NCBI GenBank assembly: GCA_030704615.1
Contig: CM060731.1
Span: 5,518,001 to 5,582,000 of the forward strand
Length of the DNA: 64,000 bases
Direction of reading: 5' to 3'
DNA from: Takakia lepidozioides
Taxonomy: Eukaryota > Plantae > Bryophyta
Shown here: positions 26,101-37,742 of the stretch, piece after piece
Layout of the letters: each line of letters begins with the position of its first letter
Position numbering within the stretch: the stretch's first letter is position 1
The notes under the pieces: generated by a model
Seen by the model: only the letters and a program-made list of their open reading frames with translations
Told to the model about the DNA's origin: nothing
Databases searched by the model: none
Translations under genes and position numbers: made by a program

Positions 26101-27195
26101 ACCCTGCTTTGTTGCCAGTGTCTGCAGTTTGTGGATACCAACAAGCCTTGCCAGCAGACATTTCGTTACTGGGGGCGCCGGATTTGGAGCAGGTTGGCTC
26201 CATTGATCTGGTAGTGGCAGGTTGGCCCTGCCAAGGGCATTCATCAGCCGGGCATGGCAATGGATTGCGAGACTCGAGGACGGGTCTGTTTTGGGAGATG
26301 GTGCGGATTTTGCGCCACTTGCAACTTCATCAAGCTGTATCGCCAGCATACATCTTGGAGAATGTGCCACTGATGGGCGATTCTCGGGCCAGGGTGATGG
26401 CTAGTGTGCATCAAGTCTGGTCGTGGCTTGGGTCAGCAGTGCTGCTGGATGCAGCTGCAGTGGGATCACGGGCTCATCGTCCACGGCTATGGTGGACTAA
26501 CTTGATGCCACCCGCACTGCTCAAGCGTGCATTTGATGGGGTGCAGCGGCCAACACACCTCATAGTGGACAACATTTTGGACACAGGGAGGCAGTCTCAA
26601 CGTGTGAGACACGATGACCGTTTGCCTTTGGCAGTGGTCAATAGGGTGGGTCAACCACGAGCAGCATTACCAACACTGCTCAGCTTCCCAGGATCCCATG
26701 CTTTTCGGGATGGTGGACCTGGCCTCTTGTGGGATGCTCAGTTGCAACAGTTAGTGGAGCCTAATGCCGACGAGCGAGAGCGGGCTATGGGTTTTCACTG
26801 GGACCACGGCGGTGCCTTCTCTTTCTGAGGCATCACGTCGTCAGGTGTTGGGGCAAGCAATGGATCTCAATTGCTTGACCTGGATTATCAGCTTGGCTAT
26901 GGCTGAGCAACGTAGAGTGCGGAGTGCACTTCCCTTGACAGTCTCTCTGCCTACCGAGACGGTACAGGCAGCGAGTGGGGGCGAGCCGGTGAGGACCACG
27001 GGGTGTAGACATCCATGGCACACGTGGGAGGTGCTCGAGGTTCAGAGGGAGTTGGCAGCTAAGGCGGCTGTGATGGATGAGGTTGGGGATTCTTCCCGGG
27101 TTGAGGAGGTCCTCAAGGATGAGATGATGGGGCAGGATGAGGCCTTGTCATTGACTGAGCAAGCAGGGAGTACTGCTCAAGAGGTTGCAGCATAG
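23177..27195 (+). pseudogene. gag: Gag-protease-DNMT polyprotein ORF of copy C (frameshifts near 25423 and 26795, stop at 25896)
   Basis: Retrotransposon Gag motif FQRKPSESLREAYTRMRRL; zinc knuckles CWTCGGPHVKRD(F/C) and CGHCGKYGHGDAQC; RGG-rich tract; LLDSGA protease; DNMT 25950-26892; ends at TAG 27193-27195. Confidence 0.9.
25950..26892 (+). pseudogene. DNMT3-like methyltransferase domain, copy C (motif I altered to LHLFGRIST)
   Basis: GWPCQG, ILENV, HRPRLWWTNL, ERAMGF and RRQVLGQAM are retained. Confidence 0.9.
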
Positions 27196-30100
27196 CAACC
27201 ACGGGACGCGTCCTCTACCTCTAAGCCCACTGGACTTAAGGTTGCAGTTACGGAGGACAATTGGGAGCCTGACATTGGACCCATTGTCACCGGAGGAGAG
27301 AGACGACGTATACGGCGGTTCCTGAGGGCTTACAGGAATTGCTTTGCCTTCAGTTTGAAGGACTTGGGAGCACTGAAGGGTCAAGAGATCCGTATTGAGT
27401 TGGCCACTGACACGCCAATCTTTCGGAGACCCTATAGATACAGTGACATGGAGAGGTCTTTGATTCAGATGAGGACTCAAGATCTCTGGGAGGCAGGTTT
27501 GGTGGAGCTCTCTGGTGGAGAGTATGCTTCAGCCACAGTGATGCCAGCCAAGAAGGATGTCTATGGCAATTGGACGGAGAGACGTATGTGCGGTGATTAC
27601 CGGCCTGTAAATCGTCAGACCAAGTCCGATAGGTATGCCATGCCGACACCAGAGGAGATCTTTGATGCCATTGGGCATTCCAAGGTCTTTAGCACGTTGG
27701 ATTTACGATCCGGATATCACCAGTTGCGATCAAGGAGGCGGATAAGCAAAAGACGGCATTCTGGGGGATCAATGAGCACGGGAAGGATTGCCTATACCAG
27801 TGGCGGTTCTTACCATTTGGGCTTAAAAACGCTCCCGCTGAGTTTCAAAGAGTCATGGACAGGATTCTAGCAGGGGTGGAGTTTGCTCGGTGCTACATAG
27901 ATGACATCATCATCTTTAGTGCTACGGTGGAGGAGCATGAGAGACACCTTCAGGGGGTATTTGAGCGCTTGAGGACGCACGGATTGAAGTTACATCCGGG
28001 CAAGTGCAAGTTTTTCCACAACCAGATTGAGTATCTGGGTCACATGATATATCCTGGAGGATTGGGGGTACAGCAGACTAAGGTAGAGTCCATTGCACAG
28101 GTTCCACGCCCCACGGATGTGAGCCGAGTTCGAGCTTTCATGGGGTTAGCAAACTATTACAGACGGTTTGTTAAGGGATTTAGTGCCATTGCAAAGGCTC
28201 TAACCAAGCTGACCAAGGTGGACCAGGAGTGGCAGTGGGAAGATGAGCAAGAACAAGCTTTTCAAGAGCTCAAGGCGAGGTTGACCTCGGCGCCCATCTT
28301 GAGACGACCTATCAGGGGGCGTCCTTTTCAGCTGCATACAGATTGGAGCATGCTGGGGCTTGGAGCGGTGCTCACACAGGTGGATGATGAGGGAAGAAGT
28401 TCGTAGTGGCTTATGCTAGCCGCTCGAACAATGCTGCAGAGTCTAAGTATAGCTCATATGAGGGAGAATGCTTAGCTGCAGTGTGGGCCGTGGCACACTT
28501 CAGGTGCTATCTATACGACAATCTCTTCACCCTTGTCACGGATCACCAACCACTCAAGTGGTTGATGGAGTCAGACAAGCTTACGGGGAAGCTTGCACGG
28601 TGGGCACTCATCCTTCAAGAGTATGACTTTCAGGTGGTGCATCGACCGGGTTTGGTCAATCGCAATGCAGATGGGTTGAGTCGCAATCCATGCACGAGCC
28701 AGCAGGATGACACTGGAGCTCGGTGGCATGGTGAGACGGACGAGGAGATGGTGCCCGGATGGCATGCATCTGCATTTCTGTGTATCTTGGCAGCGGAAGG
28801 CCAGGTTGGACCTGCAACAGGGATGACTGTAGATCAAGTGTCTGAGGACCCTGAGGCCAGCAATGAGCAAAGTGGCGCCAAAGATATACATGAGGATTCA
28901 GTTGTGTTGGACTACCTCCGCACTGGAGACACTGCAGCCACTGTGACTGCCAAGGAGAGGGATCGGATCCTACAACGAGCCAAGAGGTTCAAGTGGGAGG
29001 GGACACACCTGCTCCGAGTGTGGGAGGATGGTCGAGTGAGGATTGTGCCTCACCCAACACAGTGGGCACGGTTAGTGCGGCATGCCCACGAGGAGTTGGG
29101 GCATTTTGGGGTACGCACCCATAGCCTACTGCAGGGGCAGTATTGGTGGCGTGGTATGCACACAGAGGTGCAACAATTTGTGGCTAGGTGCATGGTGCAG
29201 GGTGCGTGCTTCATTCAACGCCCCTACTCCACAATTGCACCCTCTTCCGATCATGGGATTGGGCTACAGGTGGAGTCTTGACTTCGCAGGGCCGTTGCCA
29301 CTGACCATGCGTCACAACTAGTACGTGTTGGTGATGGTGGAGCACTTCTCCAAATGGATTGAGTTGGTTCCATTGCCTGATAAGGCTAGTGAGGGAGCTG
29401 CGTATGCATTCTTGGATTGTGTGCTTAGCCGATTCGGTGCTCCAGCTGAGGTACTCACGGACCAAGGGAGAGAGTTCTTGGGGGAGTTTCAGGCTTTGTG
29501 TGACAAGGCCTTGATAGACCACCGCACCACTTCTCGGGATCATCCTGAGGCCGATGGCTTGGCAGAGAGAGTTGTTCAGACAGTAAAGAGGGGTTTGCGC
29601 AAGTATGGCTTGCAGAAGGGACACCTAGGAGATTGGGACCTTCAGTTACCCTGGTTAGCCATGGGCTATAGGTTCAGCAATCAAACATCACTTGCCTCTT
29701 TCTCACCATACTTTCTTCTCTTTGGCCGAGAGCCGGATTTGCCTACATCCATTCGCAGAGAAGCTGCTACAGTTCTTAATCTTGACGATCCGGACGTGTG
29801 GGCACGTGCATGTGAGCAGCGTGCAGAGTTGTTCAAGAAAGTCATGCCCATGGCTTTCGAGAACCTTGTCATTGCACAACACCGTGATACGTTGAGGTAT
29901 GCTACCATACGTGGTGGGGGCTATCGTCCTGGGGTTCGGAGATTCAACCCTGGTGACTATGTCTATCTGCAGCAGACTGCTCCTACGACCCTGGATGTGA
30001 CTGCAGGACGTGTTATTTTGAGGGTTCGAGAGGTCTTGCCCTCAGGCGTCTTGGTCTTGGAAGGTCGGGATGGCATAACTTGGAAGGACATGTGCGTAAT

Positions 30101-30319
30101 TGTGCGCCATGTCACCTTCCGAATGTCGATGGCAGGATTGACCCAAACCTGGCAGTGGTATCTGCAGGTTTGAGGTGCACGTTGTGTGGGTCTGCTAAAG
30201 GGGCAGCCACCATGCTGGTGTGTGATCGATGCTCTAGAGGTTGGCATATGGGATGCTTGACTCCACCTCTTGAGATGGTTCCGGATGGGGAGTGGTTATG
30301 TCCACATTGCATTGGATAG
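27196..30319 (+). pseudogene. pol: RT-RNase H-integrase-PHD ORF of copy C (several 1-2 nt frameshifts, one stop)
   Basis: RMCGDYR, YIDDII, LHTDWS/TDHQPL/ADGLSR, HEELGH, SLDFAG/TDQG/AERVV, intact PHD 30176-30316. Confidence 0.93.
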
Positions 30320-30579
30320 TGGGAGTGGATACAACCATGGAAGGCTAACAAGAAACGCAAGGCCCAGCTACTAGGAGACCTTGAACACACGAGGTCCTGA
30401 CTCAAGTTCACAGATTGCAAGACGGCGACTAACGATGGGGCTACTCTTGTACCCGGCCTCTTGGTCTATAGAGTTTGAGTGCAATATGGACAGTGATAGA
30501 GGACTTAATACGGCTGTGGCTATTACATCTTGTAGCTATCTGGAGTTAGAGGGACCTATCCACCAGCTAGGGGGGCAAT

Positions 30580-31020
30580 TGTGGCAGACTACTTTATTGT
30601 GCATGTATGTGTGGTGTGGTTTGGACAGCGATGTAGTTGTGTAGCGATACGTATGCGCACGACGGCTGTCAAGTTAAATAAACACAGTGTGAAACTAGCT
30701 AGAATAAAGCTAGTTATTTGTATTTAACACTTGGATTTAGGTCTAGTGTTAAATCAGGTGTCAAGTTTAGTTTGACACTTGACCCGTCTTATCTTCACGA
30801 GAGCGGCAGTCGCGCAGCTCATCTCTCTCGAGTTGAGCCTGCGCGACCGAGCTCCTGCATGCGTTTAGATCTGAGTGTACTCATGATGGAAGTGTAGGTT
30901 GTTGTGGGGTGGAGTCCCCATAGCTTGGGGTGCCCCTGGCTCGACTACTATTTTCAAAGAGTGATGGTTTTGGTTTTCATGTTTTGTGTCAACAGTGTGT
31001 TCTTAGCCTTGTTCTATCCA
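30580..31020 (+). repeat. 3' LTR of copy C
   Basis: Starts TG after the purine tract and ends CTATCCA. The segment 30667-31020 matches 19095-19446. Confidence 0.7.
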
Positions 31021-31021
31021 T

Positions 31022-31465
31022 TGTGGCAGACTACTTTATTGTGCATGTATGTGTGGTGTGGTTTGGACAGCGATGTAGTTGTGTAGCAATATGTATGCGC
31101 ACGACACGGCGACTAACGATGGGGAAACTCTTGCACCCGGCCTCTTGATCTATCGAGTTTGAGTGTAGTAGGGATAGTGGTGGAGGACTTAGTGAGACTA
31201 TGGTCACTATCACATCTTGTGGCTACCTGGACTTAGAGGGACCTAAGCACCAGCTAGGGGGGCGATTGTGTGGACTAGTGACTGACATAGTGGGCAGCAT
31301 AGTGGCAGCATAGTGGCAGCCTAGTGACTGACTAGTTGTAGCCTAGTGGTTGGACTAGTGGCTGGACTAGTGGTGGACTAGTGGTATACTAGTGTGTGGT
31401 GTGCACATGTGTTGTGTGGTTTTGGACAGCGATGTAGTTGTGTAGCGATATGTATGCGCATGACA
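31022..31465 (+). repeat. Rearranged tandem duplicate of LTR start, 3' UTR and PPT, with a CTAGTG-based microsatellite-like expansion
   Basis: 31022-31106 repeats 30580-30663; 31107-31266 repeats 30423-30579; 31267-31465 is a variant LTR start. Confidence 0.75.
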
Positions 31466-32759
31466 GTTATCTCAGGGAGGTATTACCTTGAGAAGCATAC
31501 CCGGAAGTATTTTCAGCAAAGGAGAGGAGGTAACGTACTATGGAACGCTCAGGGCCGAATGGTCAGAGGTGGTTTTTCTGCCCCAAACATGGAGGATTCA
31601 AGCATTCTGCCACCTACTCGTGCATTCTGCAACCTGCTAATGTAGAGCAGATTAGAGACTCCATGGCTTCAGCCTGATACTTGATAGATATTAATCTGAT
31701 ACACACTTCATACTCACACTGTGTAGAGAGATCTGAGTGAAGCTGTGGAATGAATGGATGAGTTGATGGAATCCGATAGATTACTGAAGCAAACTGATAC
31801 TTAATTACCAACAGTAAGGTAACTAGCTAACATGAATGCGGGAAGGAAAACAAACAGGAAACACCCCCATGATACACTAGCTGTAGGTCATGACTGATTG
31901 TTCTGAGCGGGCTGAGTGCTTAGAGATTTCCAACTCTTCTATCTTGGAGTTTCCGCCACGGATAGCGAAGGGATGGGTGAGTGGGCATTCTGCGACCTAC
32001 TCGAATATTCTGCCATTTAACGGAGGGGCAAAAATGGTAGAAAAACCACCTCCCTGACCATAACGCCTGGGGAAGGCACAACAGGGGCTTAGCGATTTTT
32101 GGCGCGTAACTCCTCTTTAGAATATAGAGGAGCCAACAAACTACCTTGCTTAATATATTGATTTTGGTGCGCAAGTTAGGTGTTGGAGACTACATCCATC
32201 ACCTTCTTATTATTGACTCTGTCTCTGTGTCCTCGCTGATAGTTCCCATGTTCCCGTGTAAATGTGACAGTCACTTCTTCAGCTGATATGTGAATGTATT
32301 GAACCTTGCGATCTGCAGTGAGAGTGGAGAGGGAGATGGGGCCAAGTTATTGGGAGTGGTGAAGAGGGCGTGGGTGAATTACTGTTGTGGGGTGCTGAGG
32401 TTGCTGTCCATCTTTGAGGTTTGGGAGATAAAGAGTTTTGGGACTCTTGGATGATGATTCCAATGGATGTTGTGATTACTGGTGGTGGACCTGGGGACAA
32501 ACAAGATGGTCGGACTCAACTGTGTGACCGGAAGTTGGACTTCCTCTCGGGAAAGTTGCAAGAGGGAAGAATTGTTCGAGAAAACAAAGGCGATGTCAGA
32601 AATCCCAATCAGACTGATGTAGACTACTACACCATGGTGGTCATCCAGACAGACAGTCTGCTTGACAGGTTTTCGGTTGTCCACACCGAGCCGGAGATGA
32701 AGGCTTGCCCACACAACTGAGAGCATGGCCCAAATGGCAGTCACAGCCAGAATATGTAA

Positions 32760-33640
32760 CTACAAAATTACATCTGATGCGATTCCCATTTTGATGATGT
32801 CAACATGGACTTGCTTGCCCTTTGTCAATGCTCCTACACTGGCACAGACCATGAGAATACACATGAATATGAACCTGTCCGGATTCAAACCATTCTGTTG
32901 CATTTGTTCCAATAATGCTAGGGTCTCCCACCACACCTATGCCGAGATATCCTGTGATTATTGCAGTCCATTTACCTCTCATTTACCCAGTTTGTCAATA
33001 AACACTTATGTGCATTATTTGCGCTCCACATTCAGCATTGCATGTCGACAAGACAATGCTCCAAACAACGTCTCTTGCAATTTCAACTTTGATGATGCCA
33101 GCATGTACCTGCTTGCCCTTCTCGAGGGATCCTAGACTTTCACACGAATTGAGAACACAAATGAGTGTGACGCTGTCTGGTGGCCTTTGTTCATGAAGTT
33201 TCAAAGACTCCTCAGCCATCTTTCTATGGTACATCCTGCCACCAACATACTCTCTTTGATATATCCCATTGACATGTTTTCTCAAACACCTGTCGTTCAT
33301 CTACCATGCTCCCGCATAGAGTTCAGAAGGGTGTCAACCATAAAGATGGTTGGCTTGAATTTATTTCGGATTGTGTGTGTGTTCACCTGCATTTCCTCTG
33401 CCAGGGCTTCCGTCTTGATGCACCTCTGTAAGAGACAGACGGAGATGCCTGACAACATTGTTAATCCAGAACGTGCGGCACCTCCTTCAGTCTTCCCTCA
33501 GTGATCCCCGAGATCATGAGACATAAGCTTATCACTCTGTTCGTCCCCTGTCCAAAGTGGTGGGGAACAGTGCCACCAGTCTGATGCCCAACTTGAATAA
33601 TATCACTGTTCCCCTCCAAGCTTCATCAGCACCTGAGCCT
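32760..33640 (-). pseudogene. Truncated, degenerate PLS-class PPR paralog
   Basis: [31 protein letters not shown]; CASVGALTKGKQVH; N-terminal VGHQTG shared with the neighbouring genes; stops and frameshifts. Confidence 0.85.
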
Positions 33641-33927
33641 GATATGTTTAAACTGGATTGAAAATCAGAGGTTGCAACTCATCCGCGAAACTTGTAAGAG
33701 CTTATGGTGGAAGTCCTTCATTCCCTGGAACTTCAAAACACTCAACATGCCAATCTTTGAAGAGAGATTCCTATACATGCATAGAAGTTGTGAAAATGAC
33801 AGAACATCCAACTTCAAATGACACCTTTGTGACGTAAATCTTCCGAGACAAGGTTATCCATGGTTCTGATGCCGCTGTTGGATAGTCACATTTGGCAGCT
33901 AACCAAAAGCGATGCATGCAGCTAGTT

Positions 33928-36552
33928 TCACCCACAAGAACAGACCCCATCTTCAAAGTGGTGAAAGCGGTGGGCATCCCGTACAACTATTGCTCGCCCA
34001 ACAATTTTTGAGATGAACTTGGTGGCATTGTGGCAGTCACCACACACCCTAAGGTTTTTAATGATGCGGATAGGCGATCCAGAGGGTGTGCTGATGAGCC
34101 CAAAAGCAATGGCCAGCCTCTCACTGTGGTGGCAAAGGGAAAATTCCTTTTGTTCCTCCTCCAAGTCCTCCAATGCAAAGCGCATGTCAGGCACATACCC
34201 AGCGTCCTTCATCAGCACAGACAATCTCGTCAGCTCAGCATGGATTCCCTCAATTTGTGGATGTGACTTGTCCTCTACAACAAATGCATGCATTTGGCTG
34301 TTGACCGCAATATAGCTGCACCCTGGCTTCTTTCTGACACCTCTGTCCTCCATTAACCTTCTCACCTTGGCTTTATCATCCCACCTGCCAGCTGCAGCAT
34401 AGATGTTTGATAGTAGCACATAAGCTGCAGCATCCTGTGGGTCCCACTTGAGAACATATTTTGCAGCACGTTCTGCTACCTCCACATCTCTATGAATTCT
34501 ACAGGCACCAAGCAAAGCCCCCCACACTGCACCATGTGGTTCAATTGGCATTTTCTTGATGAAGTCCTCTGCCTCATCCAATCGCCCCGCACGACCAAGA
34601 AGGTCCACCATGCAGCCAAAATGCTCTACTGTAGGCGTGAGGCCATGATCTTGACTCATGGAATCGAAGTACTCACGTCCTTCATTCACTAGGCCTACAT
34701 GGCTGCATGCAGAGATAAGCGAAATGAAGGTGATATCATCTGGCCTCAAGCCTTCCTGATGCATTTGTCCAAATAGTTGAAGGGCCTCCCTACCACACCC
34801 ATGCTGAGAATATCCTGCTATCATTGCGTTCCATGTGACCACATCTCTTCTGGGCATTTTGTCAAACACTTCATGCGCATCCTTTAGGCTCCCGCATTTT
34901 GCATACATGTCGACAAGGCTATTCTCTAGATTGATATGTGTCCCAAATCCAATTTTAATAATGTCAGCATGAGCCTGCTTGCCCTTTTCCAGGGCTCCTA
35001 TTCTGGCACAGGCATTGAGGATGCCAATGAACGTAACTCTGTTGGGTGTCACCCTTTCCCGTTGCATTTGCTCGTAGAGCTCAAGAGCCTTTTCACCATG
35101 CTGATGCTGAGCATATCCTGCAATCATTGCATTCCATGAGACCACATCTCGTTGAGCCATTTTGTCAAACACTTGACGTGCATCTCCAATGCTTCTGCAC
35201 TTGGCATACATGTCAAGAAGGGTCGTCTCCAAATTAATAGATGATGAAATTCCAGCTTTGATGATGTCAGCGTGGACCTGATTGCCTTTCTCCAGGGATC
35301 CAAGGCTGGCACATGCATTTAAAATGCAAATGAATGTGACCTTGTCAGGGGTCACCCTTTCTCTTAGCATTTGCTCATACATTTTGAAAGCCTCCTCACC
35401 ATGCCCATTCTGAGCATATCCTGCCATTATTGCACTCCATGAGACCACATCTCGTTTAGCCATTTTGTCGAACACCTGGCGTGCATCCTTTAGGCTCCCA
35501 CATTTTGCATACATGTCAACAAGGGTATTCTCCAGTTGAATGTTCAATGGAATTCCACCTTTAATAATGTCAGCATGGACTCTCTTGCCATTGTCCAGGG
35601 CTCCTACGCTGGCACATGCATTGAGAACGCAAATGAATGTGACACGGTCAGGCGTCACCCTTTCTTGTTGCATTTTCTCATAGATTAGTAGAGCCTCTTC
35701 ACCATCTCCATGCTGAGCATATCCAGCAATTATTGCATTCCATGAGACAACATCTCGGTTAGGCATGTTGTTGAACACTTGACGTGCATTTTGAATGCTC
35801 CCACATTTGGCATACATGTCCATGAGGGTATTCTCTAAATTAATATATGGTGCAATTCCAGCTTTGATGATGTCAGCATGAACCCGCTGGCCCTTTTGCA
35901 GGTCTCCTAAACTGGCACATGCATTGAGAATGCAAATAAATGTGACCCTATCAGGCATCACCCCTTCCTTTTGCATTTGCTCATAGATTTTATGAGATTC
36001 TTCCGCATGCCCATGCTTGGCATATCCAGCCATCATCGTTGTCCATGTGAATATATCTCGCTGAGACATTTCCTCAAACACATGTTGTGCATCCACCATG
36101 CTTCCACATTTGGCATACATGTTGAGAAGGTTGTTGACTACAAAGATGGTTGGCTTGAATCCAGTTTGCAGAATGTGGGCATGAACCTGCTTTCCCTCTC
36201 CCAGGGCTTTCATGTTGATGCACCCCTGCAAGAGCCAGACATACATATCAGAGTCCGCCTGAATGCCTCCTTGGTCCAAAGAATGCAGCGCCTCCTTCAG
36301 TCTTCCCTTTTCAAAAAGTGACCTCACAGTCCCAGGAGGGCTGGACATAACTTTAATTACTTCCTCTCTTGGCCCTCGTTTCAAGTTGATTGCAATAGTA
36401 GAGGTGCTAATCCAGCGGCCAGTCTGATGTCCAACAAACGTGTGTCCCTGATGCAACCCTGCCATCCTGAATAACTCTGAATTGCAAGAGACAATTTTGG
36501 GTTCAGAACATCTCAAAAGCTTGAATATCACCTCAAAGCAAGACCTCTTCAT
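33928..36552 (-). CDS. PLS-class PPR protein with E1-E2-DYW domain (organellar C-to-U editing factor) lacking the last three residues; alternative start 36465
   Basis: Intronless 883-aa frame; five MYAKC-containing PLS units; PG box KKPGCSYI; HSERLA and CGDCH deaminase motifs; ends [11 protein letters not shown]-stop. Confidence 0.95.
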   Translation of the reverse strand: MKRSCFEVIFKLLRCSEPKIVSCNSELFRMAGLHQGHTFVGHQTGRWISTSTIAINLKRGPREEVIKVMSSPPGTVRSLFEKGRLKEALHSLDQGGIQADSDMYVWLLQGCINMKALGEGKQVHAHILQTGFKPTIFVVNNLLNMYAKCGSMVDAQHVFEEMSQRDIFTWTTMMAGYAKHGHAEESHKIYEQMQKEGVMPDRVTFICILNACASLGDLQKGQRVHADIIKAGIAPYINLENTLMDMYAKCGSIQNARQVFNNMPNRDVVSWNAIIAGYAQHGDGEEALLIYEKMQQERVTPDRVTFICVLNACASVGALDNGKRVHADIIKGGIPLNIQLENTLVDMYAKCGSLKDARQVFDKMAKRDVVSWSAIMAGYAQNGHGEEAFKMYEQMLRERVTPDKVTFICILNACASLGSLEKGNQVHADIIKAGISSSINLETTLLDMYAKCRSIGDARQVFDKMAQRDVVSWNAMIAGYAQHQHGEKALELYEQMQRERVTPNRVTFIGILNACARIGALEKGKQAHADIIKIGFGTHINLENSLVDMYAKCGSLKDAHEVFDKMPRRDVVTWNAMIAGYSQHGCGREALQLFGQMHQEGLRPDDITFISLISACSHVGLVNEGREYFDSMSQDHGLTPTVEHFGCMVDLLGRAGRLDEAEDFIKKMPIEPHGAVWGALLGACRIHRDVEVAERAAKYVLKWDPQDAAAYVLLSNIYAAAGRWDDKAKVRRLMEDRGVRKKPGCSYIAVNSQMHAFVVEDKSHPQIEGIHAELTRLSVLMKDAGYVPDMRFALEDLEEEQKEFSLCHHSERLAIAFGLISTPSGSPIRIIKNLRVCGDCHNATKFISKIVGRAIVVRDAHRFHHFEDGVCSCG

Positions 36553-37727
36553 GATGACCAGGTTGTAGTGCAGTTGCAACTGATTTCATTTCTTCTCTTG
36601 GAGCTCCATGCAGCATATCAAACTTAGGACCATCACCAGATTGTGCCAACCTTCAGTCGTAGTGACAGGCTCTGCTTTCACACAATGCGGGTTTGATCAA
36701 CTCTCCAGCCACAGAGCCTCCTTTCTACACTTATGTTGGAAGCCCGGATATATTGAGGTCTTCTGTGAAAACCACAGATGCAGCTGAGCAGCTAAAGGTT
36801 AAACCACAGCCTCGTACACATGAGGCTACAAGCACAAAAGCGCCAAAAAAGCTGTGAATGCATTATTTGAGCATGCAATTTCAACTTGGATGCAAGTGTT
36901 GATGATCATGGTGATCCAAGATAAGGAACACTACAGTAGGATTATTGCCAAAGATCATCATTGACACTATTCTAAGCAACTAAGATCACAGTTTAATCTC
37001 CGAGAAGACACCATGCTAGATTGAGTCAGAGAAACCTGAATGTCCTTTCCATCCTCTAGACCTGAAAAATAATAGGATGTAACGCAGTCAGCCTCACCTC
37101 GAACCAATTGGACCAATGTGAAGGATTTGACAGGAATTCCTCATAAAGCCGTTCTATATTCATCGCTTGGCCTGCATGCAGGTACCTCTTGAACATAAGA
37201 TGCACCATAACCAGAGCTTTATTGAGGAAGCCTTCTGCCACATTCAAGCAGAGAAAAGATGAAGGCGAGGTAATGGTAACAGTTGGCTCAAATGGACGAG
37301 ACAAGGTCATCGACGTCTTCAAGTTTGTTGAGTCTGTCCCTTGGAAGAACAGCGGACCTGTCAAACAGCCCCGGCCTTGGACGGATGAATTCATTACAGG
37401 TAGAAGTCCTCCAGAATTCAGATCATGAGATGGCAGCCAAGATTGATAGGACATGCAGAAAATGTGGCTCGAAGTCTGCACAAATCCACGCTGAGATTGT
37501 TCAGAATCTTTACTATATATAAGGGCCACCTCGTCAGGAGAAGACTGATGTCACAACTCAGTAGGCTGCCCACCTCTGTACACTGAGCTACTCCAGCTGA
37601 GGAGAGGGCGTGATGAGAATAATTTCTCATAATTCACCGTCCTTAGCTCCCACGCAGGACGCAGATGGTCAGATCACCCTCGCTAGAGTTTTCTTCCTCC
37701 ATGTCAATCTTTGGGTGACGAAGACGC

Positions 37728-37742
37728 GGGTTTAGGGTTTAG
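37728..37742 (-). promoter_or_regulatory. Telo-box-like motif (AAACCCTAAACCC) between the divergent PPR genes
   Basis: gggtttagggtttag on the + strand; AAACCCTA is a known plant promoter element. Function untested. Confidence 0.3.

Larger units (their letters stand above)
22485..31465 (+). mobile_element. Ty3/gypsy-DNMT element copy C, the most complete (leader, gag, PR, DNMT, RT, RH, INT, PHD, PPT, LTR); may begin at 19095
   Basis: All domains in order. The leader 22485-22905 matches copy D. Purine tract AGGGGGG precedes TGTGG at 30580. Confidence 0.95.

Noticed and set aside
8600-30300. Recurrent antisense ORFs over pol and DNMT
   Set aside because: Shadow frames that recur only because the element is repeated.
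31500-32750. Short ORFs such as 32421-32720
   Set aside because: No motifs or convincing exon structure.
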